Counted from the stretch's first letter, positions 30,664-41,529 are shown. The stretch is DNA of 59,756 bases from Thermoplasmatota archaeon (GCA_965234725.1 CBDDUX010000060.1:1-59756), one strand, 5' to 3'. Numbers and translations are program-made. The notes: generated by a model from the sequence alone, not told the origin.

Positions 30664-33600
30664 GTGGGAAAGGTGAATTTATTGAGTTGCTCGTTCTGCG
30701 GCTCCGATGAGGAGATCGATGAGAACACGCCGATCTGCAGGGATTGTTTTGATACTTTTAAGCGAGATCAGATACCTGCTATCAATCTCCGAACATATTT
30801 CCTGGACGGACTGGAAAAGAAGCTCAAGGAGGTTGACTCTATCCTTTTCGATCTTCCTGAAAGCTATTTCCTCTGGTACCTGAAAGGACACCTGGAACAT
30901 GAGCTGGGAGAGTCCAAGAAGTCAATGAGATCCATCAATACCTCTATCTCATACAAAGATGATTTTGGTGATTCCTGGATAAGATTGGGTTTGATCCATT
31001 CTGACATGCACAGAGAGGAAGATGCAAAAGAAAACTTTCAAAAGGGGCTGAAGTATGATCTTATTGATCCCTCCAATCTTGTTGATGCCGGTGCTTCTCT
31101 CCAGGCATCAGACCAACCCCATCTGTCAGCCAAGGTCCTGAGAAGGGCCCTTGACCTGGTGCCCAATGATGACAGAGCAATGGTCACACTCGCCAAGGTA
31201 CTGGTCCAGATAGGTGATCTCGAGGGTGCGAAATCTCTCATGGACAATGCATTGGACCTCTATCCGCATAATGAAGAGGTCCTTCGGAGCATGGCCCAGA
31301 TTATGATGAGGATGGGGGACCTTGACTCTGCAATGGATATGTACTGCAGGATACTAGATCAGCATCCCAGGGATTTCGAGGCATTACTGGCAAAAGGTGA
31401 GATACATCTCAAACTTGGAGAGTTAACACAATCGTTGAAATCATATCAAGCGGTCAGGGACCTGGATATCCATATATCTTGGCCAGGCATCCTTCGCTTC
31501 CTGATCTCCTCATTGAGGAATATGCTGACTTTCAACAAGAACATTCCCTCATACCGTGATGATCTAAAAAAGGAGTTCGAGAACATCAACCTCTTCCTGG
31601 AAGAACTTGATGGAAAGGTGGACACGGCAAAGGGTCCTGAAATGCTTGATGAGATCGAGAGTCTAATTAAGGTGATGGAAAACCTCAGGATCCATCTGAA
31701 AGAACAGCTAGGGCAGTTCGGAGATATCATTGACAAATACAGGACCGAGGACTCCTTCCAAAAACACTTGAGATCAAAAGTGCTGGACCTTCATAATTAT
31801 CTGGATCAGATGAGATATTTCGATGGAAAGCAGATATCTTTGGAACTATCCCCCTTCCTCACCGATCTAAAGTCATTGGACACCAGGGCCGAGGCTCGGT
31901 TGAGAGATGATCTGGAGAAGAGGTTCAAGGAACTGGAAGAGATAGGTCTTGAAGACCTGGAACTCCGAAAGAAGTTCGAAACTATATCGGACCTTGAGAA
32001 GAGGGGAGACATCAGTGGTACAACCTTCGTATTGAAGGAGATACAAATGGCCCTGGATGAAGTCTGGAATCAAAAGGGAAAAGCCTATTTCAACTCAAAA
32101 CTGAAAGAGATGGAAGACCTTCTGGAAAAGGGGAAGGAACAATTCGAAACATCCAGATTGGAAAAGAGATTAAGGTCTTTCAAGGAAAGGTTCGATCTAG
32201 GACCCAAGGCGATCCTCGAAGGCTATCTTGATTTTGCCAAGACATACTCAGAGGATTCTGATAATTATTATACCCGGGAAGTCGAGAACCTTATCAAAGA
32301 GATCGATTACAAGATAACCATCTTAGAGAAGGATCAGAAAGATGTCAAGGTTCCAAAAAGGTCCTTGACAAAGATCGAAAATCGTTTGAAGAAAGGGGAA
32401 AAAGCCCTCGAAATTCATCCGGAGTTGTTGGAGATCCGTAGAGAGGTTTCCGATCTGGAGACCAAACAGAAAGTTACCCTTATCGGTGAGAGACTCATCG
32501 GCCTGGACAACCTATTGGGAGATGTCGATTCCCTGGGAATGGATGAAGAGATCCAGAAGAATGTCGAACCTGTGCGAAGAGTGATCGAGAAGTCCTTGAA
32601 GAATGAGAACTTCAGGCTTGCGGATATCCTGACAAGTGAGGTATACGAAAACGTTGAAAAACTGATACGTGAGAATTATATTGATGACCTCAAGGAAAGG
32701 ATGTACGATTCATTAAGTGAGATAGAAAGATTCAGAAAACTATCAATTACAAACGAAGAATGGGATGGACTGCTGGATGAGACAAAGGGCTTCCTGGAAG
32801 AGGAAGATCCCCCGGGACCAATGATCCCCATTGTCAAATCCCTATCCCGTTTACAATCCAGTATCCAGGAGTTCTTCATCGAGGAGCTTCCCCATGAGAT
32901 AGATTCCAGATTGGAAGTTCTCTCCAACATTCTCAAAGAGGGTGAAGGGTATGGGTTCGACCTGAAGTGGGATCACAAGGTATTAACAGAATTGAGAAAA
33001 AGATCAGAAGAGATCTCTTCACTTGAGATAATCGAAGAAGCCGTTACCCTGGAAGATGAGCTCGAGAGAAAGGTAAGTGATCTTCTCTCCACAAAGGTCC
33101 GGGAAATGGACGAAACGGTTAGAAAAGAAATTGAGTTACTATCGGAAGAGGGAGCCACCCAGAAGGAATTGATGGAGGTCCTCTCCCATGCCAACAGGGC
33201 CGAAGTCCTGCTTGAGAGCAACAGTGAAAGGGATGCATATTTCTCGATGAACTCTGCCTTTGAACAGATAGATAGATTGAGGAGTTCACTTCTGGATAGA
33301 TCCGTTGAAAAACTCCTTGCCAAGACAGATGAGCTGATCAAAGCATCGAAAAAGGTGGGTTTGGATTCAAACCAACTCGAAAAAGAGTGGAAGACACTAT
33401 CCAAGATGAAGGATGTTGAAAGAACAGAAATGATCGATAGGGTGAAGGATCTCAGGAACAGGACCTTTGAACTATTCAGTGGCAAGGTCCTAACGATCTT
33501 CGAGGAATTTGACGGAGCGATCAATGAACTCATTCAAAATGCTGTAGATATACTTGGTAAAAAAGATACTCAATCATTGAATGATAACATCTCCGACCTC

Positions 33601-35274
33601 GGAACTGCCATCCGGGAAGCCAACATTTCGAAAATTGTGGATCAAATAAAGATCACAGGAGACCTAATTGAAAGGGTAAGATCGAGTTCCGGGATCAAGA
33701 TCCTTCTTGCAAAATGTTCTGACATCATAGAAACCGGTTCATCATTGGACGATGAAAGGGCCAAAGATATTGTTAAATCCGCAAAGGATCTGGTCAAGAA
33801 AATAAAAAAGGGAAAGAAGGACGTATCGGATAAGGAAATTGAAAGACTTGAGATGGAACTATCACAATTACGATCACTTCTCCAGATCCAGGACATCGAG
33901 AACATGCTATCGGAGATAGAAGAACTGGATAACCTGTCAAAGGAGATCTTCGAAGAGATCGAGGGAGACGAATTTGAACCAAAGGTGAGGTCCATTAACA
34001 GTCTCATCGGTAGACTTCTGAATAACACATCCTCGTTGTATAATTCCCCTGAACCGGACAGGGTTAATGAGATGGGGCGCTCCCTTAACCAGGCGAGAAG
34101 GGAGATCGAAGACCTGGAAAATTCCTGGAGAGCAAAGAAAAGACTCCAATCCCTCGAGGAGAGAGGTGTATTCGATCTCGAGATAGAGGACCGTCTACTG
34201 GAAATGGACCTCTCCTCTCTGAAGGACCTGTATGAAAAAGGGGATCATGCAAAGTTCTTCCGGGTATGGGAAAGGGTCGAGAGCCAGATGAAAAGACGGA
34301 CATCGCTCTCAGAAAAGGGAGGAATACCTGAAGATGACAAAGGTATGGAGATCCTCGTCCGAGCCAAGGGTAAGAAACGGGCAGAATTAGGGAAGGACCA
34401 AGGAAAGAAAGGTGGGATGTTAGGAATAAAGAAGCTAGCCATGGATATGGGTGAGAAACGGAAACTCCTTGAAAGACCCCCCGTCGGTCCTGACAAGAAG
34501 GGATCAAAGGGAGATGTCCGATCATCCGATGATCATATTGTGGTTACTGAAGTTCCACGGAAGGGTCTTGAATTAGCAAAAGGCAAGACAGATGAAATGG
34601 GAATGGGGGATGCTGAAGTAGAGGAGAAGGGGAAAGATAAAGAGGAAGATAATGGAAAGACTGTCGTTCCCAAACCGGGGAAGGAGGACCTGGCTGGAAT
34701 TGCAAAGATCATAGCGGGGGACAGGATCAAGAAGCTTGAGGAAGGCGGATACTCTTCAATGAAAGATGACGCCAATGAACAAAAGAAAAAAGAGGAGGGT
34801 TCACTCCCTTGGAGCAAAGACCGGACCATGGATGTCAAAGGATTGAATGGAATGGTGTCAGAGATGATGGATATGGAAGTCCAACCTCAAACCTCCACAC
34901 CAATGAAGAATGCTGAAAAAGCTAGGGAGAAGCTCGAATCATTCTATTCCAAGCTACCAGCAAACCTCAGACTGGAAGAATCCATGTCACTTTACACCAG
35001 AGGATTATCACACTTGGAGAATGGAGACCACGTTGGGGCTCTAAGGCAGTTCAGATTGGCCATATCATCTGCGGTGAAGATGACAAAACTCCATTCAGAG
35101 ATCACAAAAGCAATATTAAGTCTTGACAAGGAGCTTTCAATTCGCAGGAAGAGGGGGGACCCGAATGCCAAAGGGGAAAAATTGTTCTTCAAGGCGGAAG
35201 CGGCCCTTAAATCTGGCAATCTAGCAGAATGTGCGATCCTAATAAAACAGATGAAAAACGAGATGTTTCCCTAA
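30664..35274 (+). CDS. Giant protein: N-terminal Zn-ribbon, TPR repeats, long charged helical/coiled-coil region
   Basis: CSFC...CRDC; about six TPR-like repeats (aa 65-270); more than 900 aa of E/K/L-rich helices. Confidence 0.8.
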   Translation: MGKVNLLSCSFCGSDEEIDENTPICRDCFDTFKRDQIPAINLRTYFLDGLEKKLKEVDSILFDLPESYFLWYLKGHLEHELGESKKSMRSINTSISYKDDFGDSWIRLGLIHSDMHREEDAKENFQKGLKYDLIDPSNLVDAGASLQASDQPHLSAKVLRRALDLVPNDDRAMVTLAKVLVQIGDLEGAKSLMDNALDLYPHNEEVLRSMAQIMMRMGDLDSAMDMYCRILDQHPRDFEALLAKGEIHLKLGELTQSLKSYQAVRDLDIHISWPGILRFLISSLRNMLTFNKNIPSYRDDLKKEFENINLFLEELDGKVDTAKGPEMLDEIESLIKVMENLRIHLKEQLGQFGDIIDKYRTEDSFQKHLRSKVLDLHNYLDQMRYFDGKQISLELSPFLTDLKSLDTRAEARLRDDLEKRFKELEEIGLEDLELRKKFETISDLEKRGDISGTTFVLKEIQMALDEVWNQKGKAYFNSKLKEMEDLLEKGKEQFETSRLEKRLRSFKERFDLGPKAILEGYLDFAKTYSEDSDNYYTREVENLIKEIDYKITILEKDQKDVKVPKRSLTKIENRLKKGEKALEIHPELLEIRREVSDLETKQKVTLIGERLIGLDNLLGDVDSLGMDEEIQKNVEPVRRVIEKSLKNENFRLADILTSEVYENVEKLIRENYIDDLKERMYDSLSEIERFRKLSITNEEWDGLLDETKGFLEEEDPPGPMIPIVKSLSRLQSSIQEFFIEELPHEIDSRLEVLSNILKEGEGYGFDLKWDHKVLTELRKRSEEISSLEIIEEAVTLEDELERKVSDLLSTKVREMDETVRKEIELLSEEGATQKELMEVLSHANRAEVLLESNSERDAYFSMNSAFEQIDRLRSSLLDRSVEKLLAKTDELIKASKKVGLDSNQLEKEWKTLSKMKDVERTEMIDRVKDLRNRTFELFSGKVLTIFEEFDGAINELIQNAVDILGKKDTQSLNDNISDLGTAIREANISKIVDQIKITGDLIERVRSSSGIKILLAKCSDIIETGSSLDDERAKDIVKSAKDLVKKIKKGKKDVSDKEIERLEMELSQLRSLLQIQDIENMLSEIEELDNLSKEIFEEIEGDEFEPKVRSINSLIGRLLNNTSSLYNSPEPDRVNEMGRSLNQARREIEDLENSWRAKKRLQSLEERGVFDLEIEDRLLEMDLSSLKDLYEKGDHAKFFRVWERVESQMKRRTSLSEKGGIPEDDKGMEILVRAKGKKRAELGKDQGKKGGMLGIKKLAMDMGEKRKLLERPPVGPDKKGSKGDVRSSDDHIVVTEVPRKGLELAKGKTDEMGMGDAEVEEKGKDKEEDNGKTVVPKPGKEDLAGIAKIIAGDRIKKLEEGGYSSMKDDANEQKKKEEGSLPWSKDRTMDVKGLNGMVSEMMDMEVQPQTSTPMKNAEKAREKLESFYSKLPANLRLEESMSLYTRGLSHLENGDHVGALRQFRLAISSAVKMTKLHSEITKAILSLDKELSIRRKRGDPNAKGEKLFFKAEAALKSGNLAECAILIKQMKNEMFP

Positions 35275-35297
35275 GGGTCAAGGGGAGTTGTTCTAAA

Positions 35298-38200
35298 TTA
35301 TTCATATCTGAGGGCTTCGGCAGGTGAGACCCTGGTTGCCATCCTGGATGGGGGTATGCAGGACAGGAGAGCAAATCCAAGAGCAATTGCTCCGAAAAGC
35401 AGTATCCTGTTCCAGGGGATGCCGAAAATTGGTAGATCGGAACTTGCCTCATCCCTCCAGAGGTTCCAACCCATCACTATACCAATAGCTGAACCGATGA
35501 TTATCCCAGAGGAAGCTATGAACGTTGCTTCTCCCAGGAAGGAAGCCAGAACAGCCCTTCTTTTGAACCCTATGGCCCTCATCATACCGATCTCATGTCT
35601 CCTTTCATAGACCGATCTGAGGGTCACGATACCCAGGCCAACAATCCCGATTATTAAACCAAGGGACAGATATGCATTGAATAGGTCAAAGAACGAGTTC
35701 TGGAATGAAAGTATCTCTGCTACCAATGCTTTGACCTCTATGGTTATGAAACCATAGGAGAATAGGGACCTTCTCAATCCGTCAGAGACCGTCTTCACAT
35801 CGACATCATCACTCACCTGAAGCATATGGAGGTTCCTCTGGGTTGTATTGTAATCCCGTTCGGCGATATCGGTATTGGTGAATATCGCAGATATTGCAAA
35901 CTGGTCGGTTATAGCTGCGATCTTTCTTTCAACAGCCGAACCGTTGTCCAGCTCGATGACCAGAACATCCCCGGCCTTCAATCCCAGTCCGGGAGGTCCG
36001 AACTGGTTCTCACCTAAAGTTGAATCAACAATAACAAGGTCCGGTTCCCTTAGGGAAGACCATACGTCTTCATCATCCCTTCCGTTGATGTCCCTGGACC
36101 TGAGAAGTTCCCAGTCAACGTCGTTGAAACCGTATGTGTTGAACTGTTTGAACTCTTCTGTCACACCGCAAATGAGATAAGGGATCTCAATGAAATTCTT
36201 GAATGGAAGGCTGAGATTGATGGAAGCGTAACCGATCGAGAGAGAAGTGGTATGATCCCAATCTATGAGCGTGGCATTTTCCTCTCCCCATAGTTCATTG
36301 ACCGTTCCTTCAAGGTCAGGGATCTCTCTGGAGTTGGAGATCCCTATGATATCATACCCTCCCCCAACGCTTCTTTCGAATTCGGAGATATTGATATTGA
36401 AAATATGGACGAACATGGATGTCCCGGTGACAGTGAATATGATCAAAGCGAACATGAAGATGGTCACACCTGTTCTGAACCTCTTCTTGATCGGGTAGGA
36501 AATGGCCATCTTGATAGGAGCATGTGTCACACCGAACAACCTGAAAATATTGGTTATTATGAACAGGAGTATGTCTGTGTTCCAAACCACTAGAAGCACT
36601 CCCGCAGTTACCATGAAAAGCCCCAGAAATAGAAAGATCTCCAAACCGGTCTTATATCCACTGATAAGAGGATTATCAACTGACCACTGAATCAGAACGA
36701 TCATTGAGGCAACCGTATATACCGCACGGTCAGGAAGGAAATGTCGGAGTAAAAGTGCCAAACCAACAATGAGGAACGTCAATCCTACCTGAAATGGGGT
36801 CGTATTATGAATATGGACACCCCATCCCATCAGGACTACTCCAAAAAGAATGGTTGCCAACCCCCATATGATCAAACGGTCCAGGAAGAATTCTAATATC
36901 TTACCGACAAGGCAAAGTAAATTCGATCCTTTCGATGTGCATGATCTTGAGATCCTCTGGACCAATTTCTGAGGTCCGGTATGGACCTTCGGAGGAGGGA
37001 TGCTCTTGATCGCGGAGACAATGTTCAAATTGGCTATCCTCTGGGTAATTGCCCAGGTCGTTATGAGTGTAATTGAAAAACCTGCGGAGAATGATAATAG
37101 AAGCGTACTTGGCACGAGGGAGAAGTAGGCAAGGAGGTCGATCTCCATATTCGAAAAGGAGGTTATGAGCCTTTCAAGGATGACCATTATCCCCAGTGCC
37201 GCTAGAACACCGGCAATTACCCCTACAAGGGAAGAGATGAAGGAATACGATGCACCCTCGAAAAGATACGTAGCTCTCAGATGGGACCTCCTGAGTCCGA
37301 TCGCCCTGGATATTCCCATCTCTTCTCTCCTTTCCTCGGAAAGCATCACGAAGATATTGATTATCAGTGTGATCCCTGCAATGATGGAGAATGCCGCCAG
37401 TGTTACGAATAATTTGATGAATGTGTCGATCCCTTCCATAGCCCGATCTACACCTGTATCCTTATCGAAAATGACAGAAGGTTCACGGCCAGACCCAGTG
37501 GGGATCTCGAGACCATCCAGAGCCTTGTTCACCAGGGGAACAACCCTGTCACAGAGCTCTCCTCCCTCCACTCGGTCTCCTCTGTTGGATATGTATAATG
37601 TATTGTAGATCCCCCCCTCCCAATTTCCTGGTCCCACTTCATAGGATTTCGGAGGTTCATCTAAACCAAGGAGGAGATATGCGGTTTCAAATGAAACGTA
37701 GAGATTCTCTCCGCCGAAAAGGTTTCCTCTCCCATCCTGGTCTATTATCTTTGTGAGGTCCAGAAGTAATGTGGTGGTACCTGAGGAGATATTGACATTA
37801 TCGCCGGGTCTTGCATTTACAAGACCCGCCGCATCCCCTGTCATATAGACTTCACCTGGTCCAGGTGTTTCGACCGAGAGTCCTTTGGATCTGATACTTC
37901 CAAAAGGACCATTGGTTTGCCAGGAGAATGATCTGACCGTCACTTCCGGTTCCACAAGTTCCGTTCTTGGATTACTCATGGATACATCCAGGTTGATCTC
38001 CCAGGAGAGACCATCAATAAGACCATCAGCATCCTCGATCGAGAGGATCCTTTCTTCGATCTCGGAAGCGAAGATCCCATCGATAAGGGTCCGGTTCCCT
38101 GAGGATTCCCTGATATAGACCACTTCGTCCACAGTGTGGTAATTCTCATAGATCAGGGACTCGACCAGGGATGTCATGGTATCTCCGATGACGAGAGATG

Positions 38201-38489
38201 AAGTGATTATCGAGGTTCCGACCATGAAACCGATCACCGCGATGATCGAGTCACCTTTGTGTCTGATGAGATTCCTCAGACCCAATCTGGCCATCAAGGG
38301 ATTCAAGGATCCTTTTATGAGAAGTGTCACTGCGGTAAGGATCAATGAAAGGACAAGCATAGGTTCGGCAATTGACCTTGTGCTCTTGGGACCGTAAATC
38401 CCATAGGCCACAGAGCCCATGGTGGAAACTATGAAAATGAGAATGAGGAATTCTGTGACCCTCTCACCCATGTTCCGGAATCCAACCAT
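35298..38489 (-). CDS. ABC transporter permease with duplicated FtsX/MacB-type domains
   Basis: EERREEMGISRAIG and ERRHEIGMMRAIG; C-terminal PAEALRYE. Confidence 0.92.
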   Translation of the reverse strand: MVGFRNMGERVTEFLILIFIVSTMGSVAYGIYGPKSTRSIAEPMLVLSLILTAVTLLIKGSLNPLMARLGLRNLIRHKGDSIIAVIGFMVGTSIITSSLVIGDTMTSLVESLIYENYHTVDEVVYIRESSGNRTLIDGIFASEIEERILSIEDADGLIDGLSWEINLDVSMSNPRTELVEPEVTVRSFSWQTNGPFGSIRSKGLSVETPGPGEVYMTGDAAGLVNARPGDNVNISSGTTTLLLDLTKIIDQDGRGNLFGGENLYVSFETAYLLLGLDEPPKSYEVGPGNWEGGIYNTLYISNRGDRVEGGELCDRVVPLVNKALDGLEIPTGSGREPSVIFDKDTGVDRAMEGIDTFIKLFVTLAAFSIIAGITLIINIFVMLSEERREEMGISRAIGLRRSHLRATYLFEGASYSFISSLVGVIAGVLAALGIMVILERLITSFSNMEIDLLAYFSLVPSTLLLSFSAGFSITLITTWAITQRIANLNIVSAIKSIPPPKVHTGPQKLVQRISRSCTSKGSNLLCLVGKILEFFLDRLIIWGLATILFGVVLMGWGVHIHNTTPFQVGLTFLIVGLALLLRHFLPDRAVYTVASMIVLIQWSVDNPLISGYKTGLEIFLFLGLFMVTAGVLLVVWNTDILLFIITNIFRLFGVTHAPIKMAISYPIKKRFRTGVTIFMFALIIFTVTGTSMFVHIFNINISEFERSVGGGYDIIGISNSREIPDLEGTVNELWGEENATLIDWDHTTSLSIGYASINLSLPFKNFIEIPYLICGVTEEFKQFNTYGFNDVDWELLRSRDINGRDDEDVWSSLREPDLVIVDSTLGENQFGPPGLGLKAGDVLVIELDNGSAVERKIAAITDQFAISAIFTNTDIAERDYNTTQRNLHMLQVSDDVDVKTVSDGLRRSLFSYGFITIEVKALVAEILSFQNSFFDLFNAYLSLGLIIGIVGLGIVTLRSVYERRHEIGMMRAIGFKRRAVLASFLGEATFIASSGIIIGSAIGIVMGWNLWRDEASSDLPIFGIPWNRILLFGAIALGFALLSCIPPSRMATRVSPAEALRYE

Positions 38490-38604
38490 CCCGATCCTCC
38501 TTGAATCTTACATGCATCCTTAAATGATCATTTCAAGATCATAGAGGAACATTCAAGGTAATCGGTCCACTTATTGTTATCGGAGAATATGTAAGGTTCT
38601 TTCC

Positions 38605-39258
38605 TCAACCCTCTGCATCTCCGATCCTCTTGGAAAGGATCTCCAGGGTCTCAGAAAGGTCATAGACACCGGTGTAACGAAGATCATCATTGGAAATGGT
38701 CTTGGGCATGTCCAGAACCCTGTATTTTTCGGCCATATCGGGGAATTGAATGAGATCTATGACAGCACATTCGATCTTCTCGTTGATATACGAAAGGCCA
38801 AAGGTCATGGTAAGGTATTTCTCGAGATCGGGAACCGATGGTGTGCACAAGATCCGAAGTCTGTTCTCACCAAGGGCCTTGATCTTCTCTTGATCTTCCT
38901 CCTCGATCTCAGTTTTCCCATTGGAAAAAAGGACTATTGTTTCAATAAAGACCGAGAATGTTCTATTTGTTGGAACACCATAGAACCTGATTCCGTGATC
39001 GATACCATCTTTGTCAAGGAGAACCAAGGCAGGGAACATGTCCACATCATGGATGATCTCCTCGTTCGTTTCCATCTCCACCATGTCCTTCAGGGAGAGG
39101 AGATCGCTCATGGCGCAGATCTCTTCAAGAGCGGCCATGAAATCATCGAACATCTCCTCCTTGCCTTCAGGTTTGTGGAGAAGCACGGTTACCGGGCCCT
39201 CAAGGGCCTGGAACTTCTTTTCTATTATCGACCTGTCATCGGTTGATAGTCCTGCCAT
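38605..39258 (-). CDS. Protein-disulfide oxidoreductase (PDO / AhpF-NTD-like) homolog lacking both CxxC motifs
   Basis: GIRFYGVP..F..FIE.I, TPS, FPDMAEKYRV..P match the double-thioredoxin PDO family. Confidence 0.8.
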   Translation of the reverse strand: MAGLSTDDRSIIEKKFQALEGPVTVLLHKPEGKEEMFDDFMAALEEICAMSDLLSLKDMVEMETNEEIIHDVDMFPALVLLDKDGIDHGIRFYGVPTNRTFSVFIETIVLFSNGKTEIEEEDQEKIKALGENRLRILCTPSVPDLEKYLTMTFGLSYINEKIECAVIDLIQFPDMAEKYRVLDMPKTISNDDLRYTGVYDLSETLEILSKRIGDAEG

Positions 39259-39386
39259 TTCTCAGCCTCCGCTATCGTCGTTTGATGGGAACATGGTATA
39301 AAGACATTATCATAAAGGGGTTTTATACAACGGAACATGTTTTGAACTTGTCAGATCACAAGATCAATGGATGTTGATGGCCATCA

Positions 39387-40331
39387 TCAGAATTCCAGGA
39401 TGAACTCTCCGTCCTCTATAACCTTGACACGATCTATCTCAAGTGTGGGAGATGTCAACATTCCGTCATTGTGCATGTCACATCGTATCTCTCCACCAAA
39501 GGTAGTGTTGTCACCAAATCCGACATGGACAGTACCCTTGGCCTTTTGATCCTCCAAGGTGTTTCCCGTTATCCTGGCCATGGGATTCATTCCTATCCCT
39601 ATCTCACAGATGGTCCTTCCACATTTGGACCTTTCCAATAGCTCCACTACCTCAAATGGCCCCTCGATCTCGGAAGCAACACCTTTTGATATCATCATGG
39701 AGACCTCGCCCTTTATCCTCGGAAGGAAAACACCATCTATGACAAGCTGTCCAATTATCGATGACTCCCTTGGTGCTATGAAGACCTTCCCTGCGGGAAG
39801 ATTGGTTATCATACCTCTACGAGCGCATAGACCGTTATCATCCAGTATCCACTCCCTCCTCTCTATAGAGGCTTTGAGGTCTGTACCCTGGTCCGTCGTC
39901 AATCTAAGCGTTCTTGCCTTCTGGAACTTCCTTCCAAATTTCTTGATAGACTTGGCTATCTCCGGATAGTTCGCATCAAGACCGCCTTCCCGGAGCATTT
40001 CCATGGTGATCCCTGGCATTGTTACGATCCTTGCTCCCCTTGCCAAAGCGGTCCTTGTTGCATTTGTATATGTGAGTGAATATGTTGTCGGAGCGATGAT
40101 GACATCAGAATGTATCATGATATCCGCTACGGCATTTGGAGGTTCCGTCCCATGATGTTCTGATATGGGGATCTCAATGAGGATGGGGGACATCGCCAGC
40201 TTCTCGGAAGCATCGAAGAAGGTCTGACCTATCGGAAGAGTGTTCCTATCGCAGAGAATGATAACTCTTTCCGACCTCTTTATGGCCAGGCTGTTCTTCA
40301 ACGTTTGCTCCGCTTTATTGATACTGCTCAT
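39387..40331 (-). CDS. M29 (thermophilic metalloprotease / leucyl aminopeptidase-like) homolog with degenerate metal ligands
   Basis: EPP..VA, GTDL, NLPAG.VFIAP, EIGIGMN, GTVH.GFG.N, H.D. Confidence 0.85.
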   Translation of the reverse strand: MSSINKAEQTLKNSLAIKRSERVIILCDRNTLPIGQTFFDASEKLAMSPILIEIPISEHHGTEPPNAVADIMIHSDVIIAPTTYSLTYTNATRTALARGARIVTMPGITMEMLREGGLDANYPEIAKSIKKFGRKFQKARTLRLTTDQGTDLKASIERREWILDDNGLCARRGMITNLPAGKVFIAPRESSIIGQLVIDGVFLPRIKGEVSMMISKGVASEIEGPFEVVELLERSKCGRTICEIGIGMNPMARITGNTLEDQKAKGTVHVGFGDNTTFGGEIRCDMHNDGMLTSPTLEIDRVKVIEDGEFILEF

Positions 40332-40354
40332 ATCAACCCCTCTCTTCTATATGG

Positions 40355-40460
40355 TGGGATGCACAGGCAAATGCCTGATGGGAGGCCCAACCGGTACAAA
40401 TTTTGGGGTACCTGCAAATGAGGTACGAAAGTGAAAGGGTCTTATACCCTATGCACCCCA
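40355..40460 (-). ncRNA. Candidate structured 5' leader RNA
   Basis: 10-bp closing stem TGGGGTGCAT/GTGCATCCCA with internal hairpins, starting about 18 nt after the TATA-like CTTATACA (40478-40485). Confidence 0.45.
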
Positions 40461-40513
40461 ATGAACAGAAACCGGTCTGTATAAGTTTTTTTTGGAACAG
40501 ATCGCTCTTTTAA

Positions 40514-41422
40514 CTACCAACCCCGCCCCTGGAGTTGTTTCTCCACCGGGATCTCGGCGGTATTGATCCCGCTCATGGGGTCACCAATACCTTTTGAAAC
40601 CTCGGCAAGGACGGAAGGATCATCGAAATGGGTGGTAGCCTCAACGATGGCCTTGGCCATCATTTCAGGCTTCTTGGATTTGAATATACCGGAGCCTACG
40701 AATACTCCATCAACCCCGAGCTGCATCATTAATGCGGCATCCGCCGGTGTGGCTATTCCTCCCGCAGCGAAATTGACAACGGGAAGCCTCTGGAGTTTTG
40801 CAACCTCGACAACGAGCTCTGGGGGGGCCTCTATCTTCCTGGCCACCTGGAACAGTTCCTGTTCAGTCATCCCTTTCAATGACCTCACAGTACCCATAAT
40901 AGCATGCTGATGACGGACTGCCTCGATGACATCACCGGTCCCGGCCTCCCCCTTTGTCCTTATCATGGCAGCACCCTCATGTATCCGCCTCAGTGCCTCA
41001 CCCAGGTCCCTTGCACCACAGACAAATGGAATGTTGAACCTGGTCTTCTCTATGTGATAATGCGGATCGGCAGGTGTAAGGACCTCGGATTCGTCTATCA
41101 TATCCACACCGAGAGACTCCAGGATCTGTGCCTCAACGAAATGGCCGATCCTTGCTTTTGCCATAATGGGTATGGAAACGGTGTCTATGATCTCCATTAT
41201 CTTGGTCGGGTCAGCCATTCTGGCCACCCCGCCCTGCGCCCTGATGTCCGCTGGAACCCTTTCCAATGCCATGACTGCAACCGCACCGGCATCCTCTGCT
41301 ATATGGGCCTGCGCGGCATTTGTAACATCCATCACGACGCCTCCCTTCTGCATCTTGGCAAAGCCCCTTTTCAGAAGGATGGTGCCGTGGCGCATCTTCT
41401 CAAGATCGATCTCTCTTGACAT
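40514..41422 (-). CDS. pdxS: Pyridoxal 5'-phosphate synthase lyase subunit
   Basis: [49 protein letters not shown]. Start set at MSREID. Confidence 0.98.
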   Translation of the reverse strand: MSREIDLEKMRHGTILLKRGFAKMQKGGVVMDVTNAAQAHIAEDAGAVAVMALERVPADIRAQGGVARMADPTKIMEIIDTVSIPIMAKARIGHFVEAQILESLGVDMIDESEVLTPADPHYHIEKTRFNIPFVCGARDLGEALRRIHEGAAMIRTKGEAGTGDVIEAVRHQHAIMGTVRSLKGMTEQELFQVARKIEAPPELVVEVAKLQRLPVVNFAAGGIATPADAALMMQLGVDGVFVGSGIFKSKKPEMMAKAIVEATTHFDDPSVLAEVSKGIGDPMSGINTAEIPVEKQLQGRGW

Positions 41423-41529
41423 TTCATCGCCTCGGATGGGCCCCATGAGTTAAGCCGTATTTGAGCTTTGTCGGTAAAATCAGACTGCCTCCGCAGATAT
41501 CAAATACCCATCCGATTCCTTCATGGTCG

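Noticed and set aside
39341..39368. Imperfect palindrome TTGAACTTGT-N6-ACAAGATCAA as a dif site
   Set aside because: The arms lack the TAA-N6-TTA Xer core; at most a transcription-factor site.
40371..40440. Hammerhead ribozyme or TPP riboswitch
   Set aside because: CTGATGG is not CUGANGA and the stems are misplaced; there is no CUGAGA TPP core.
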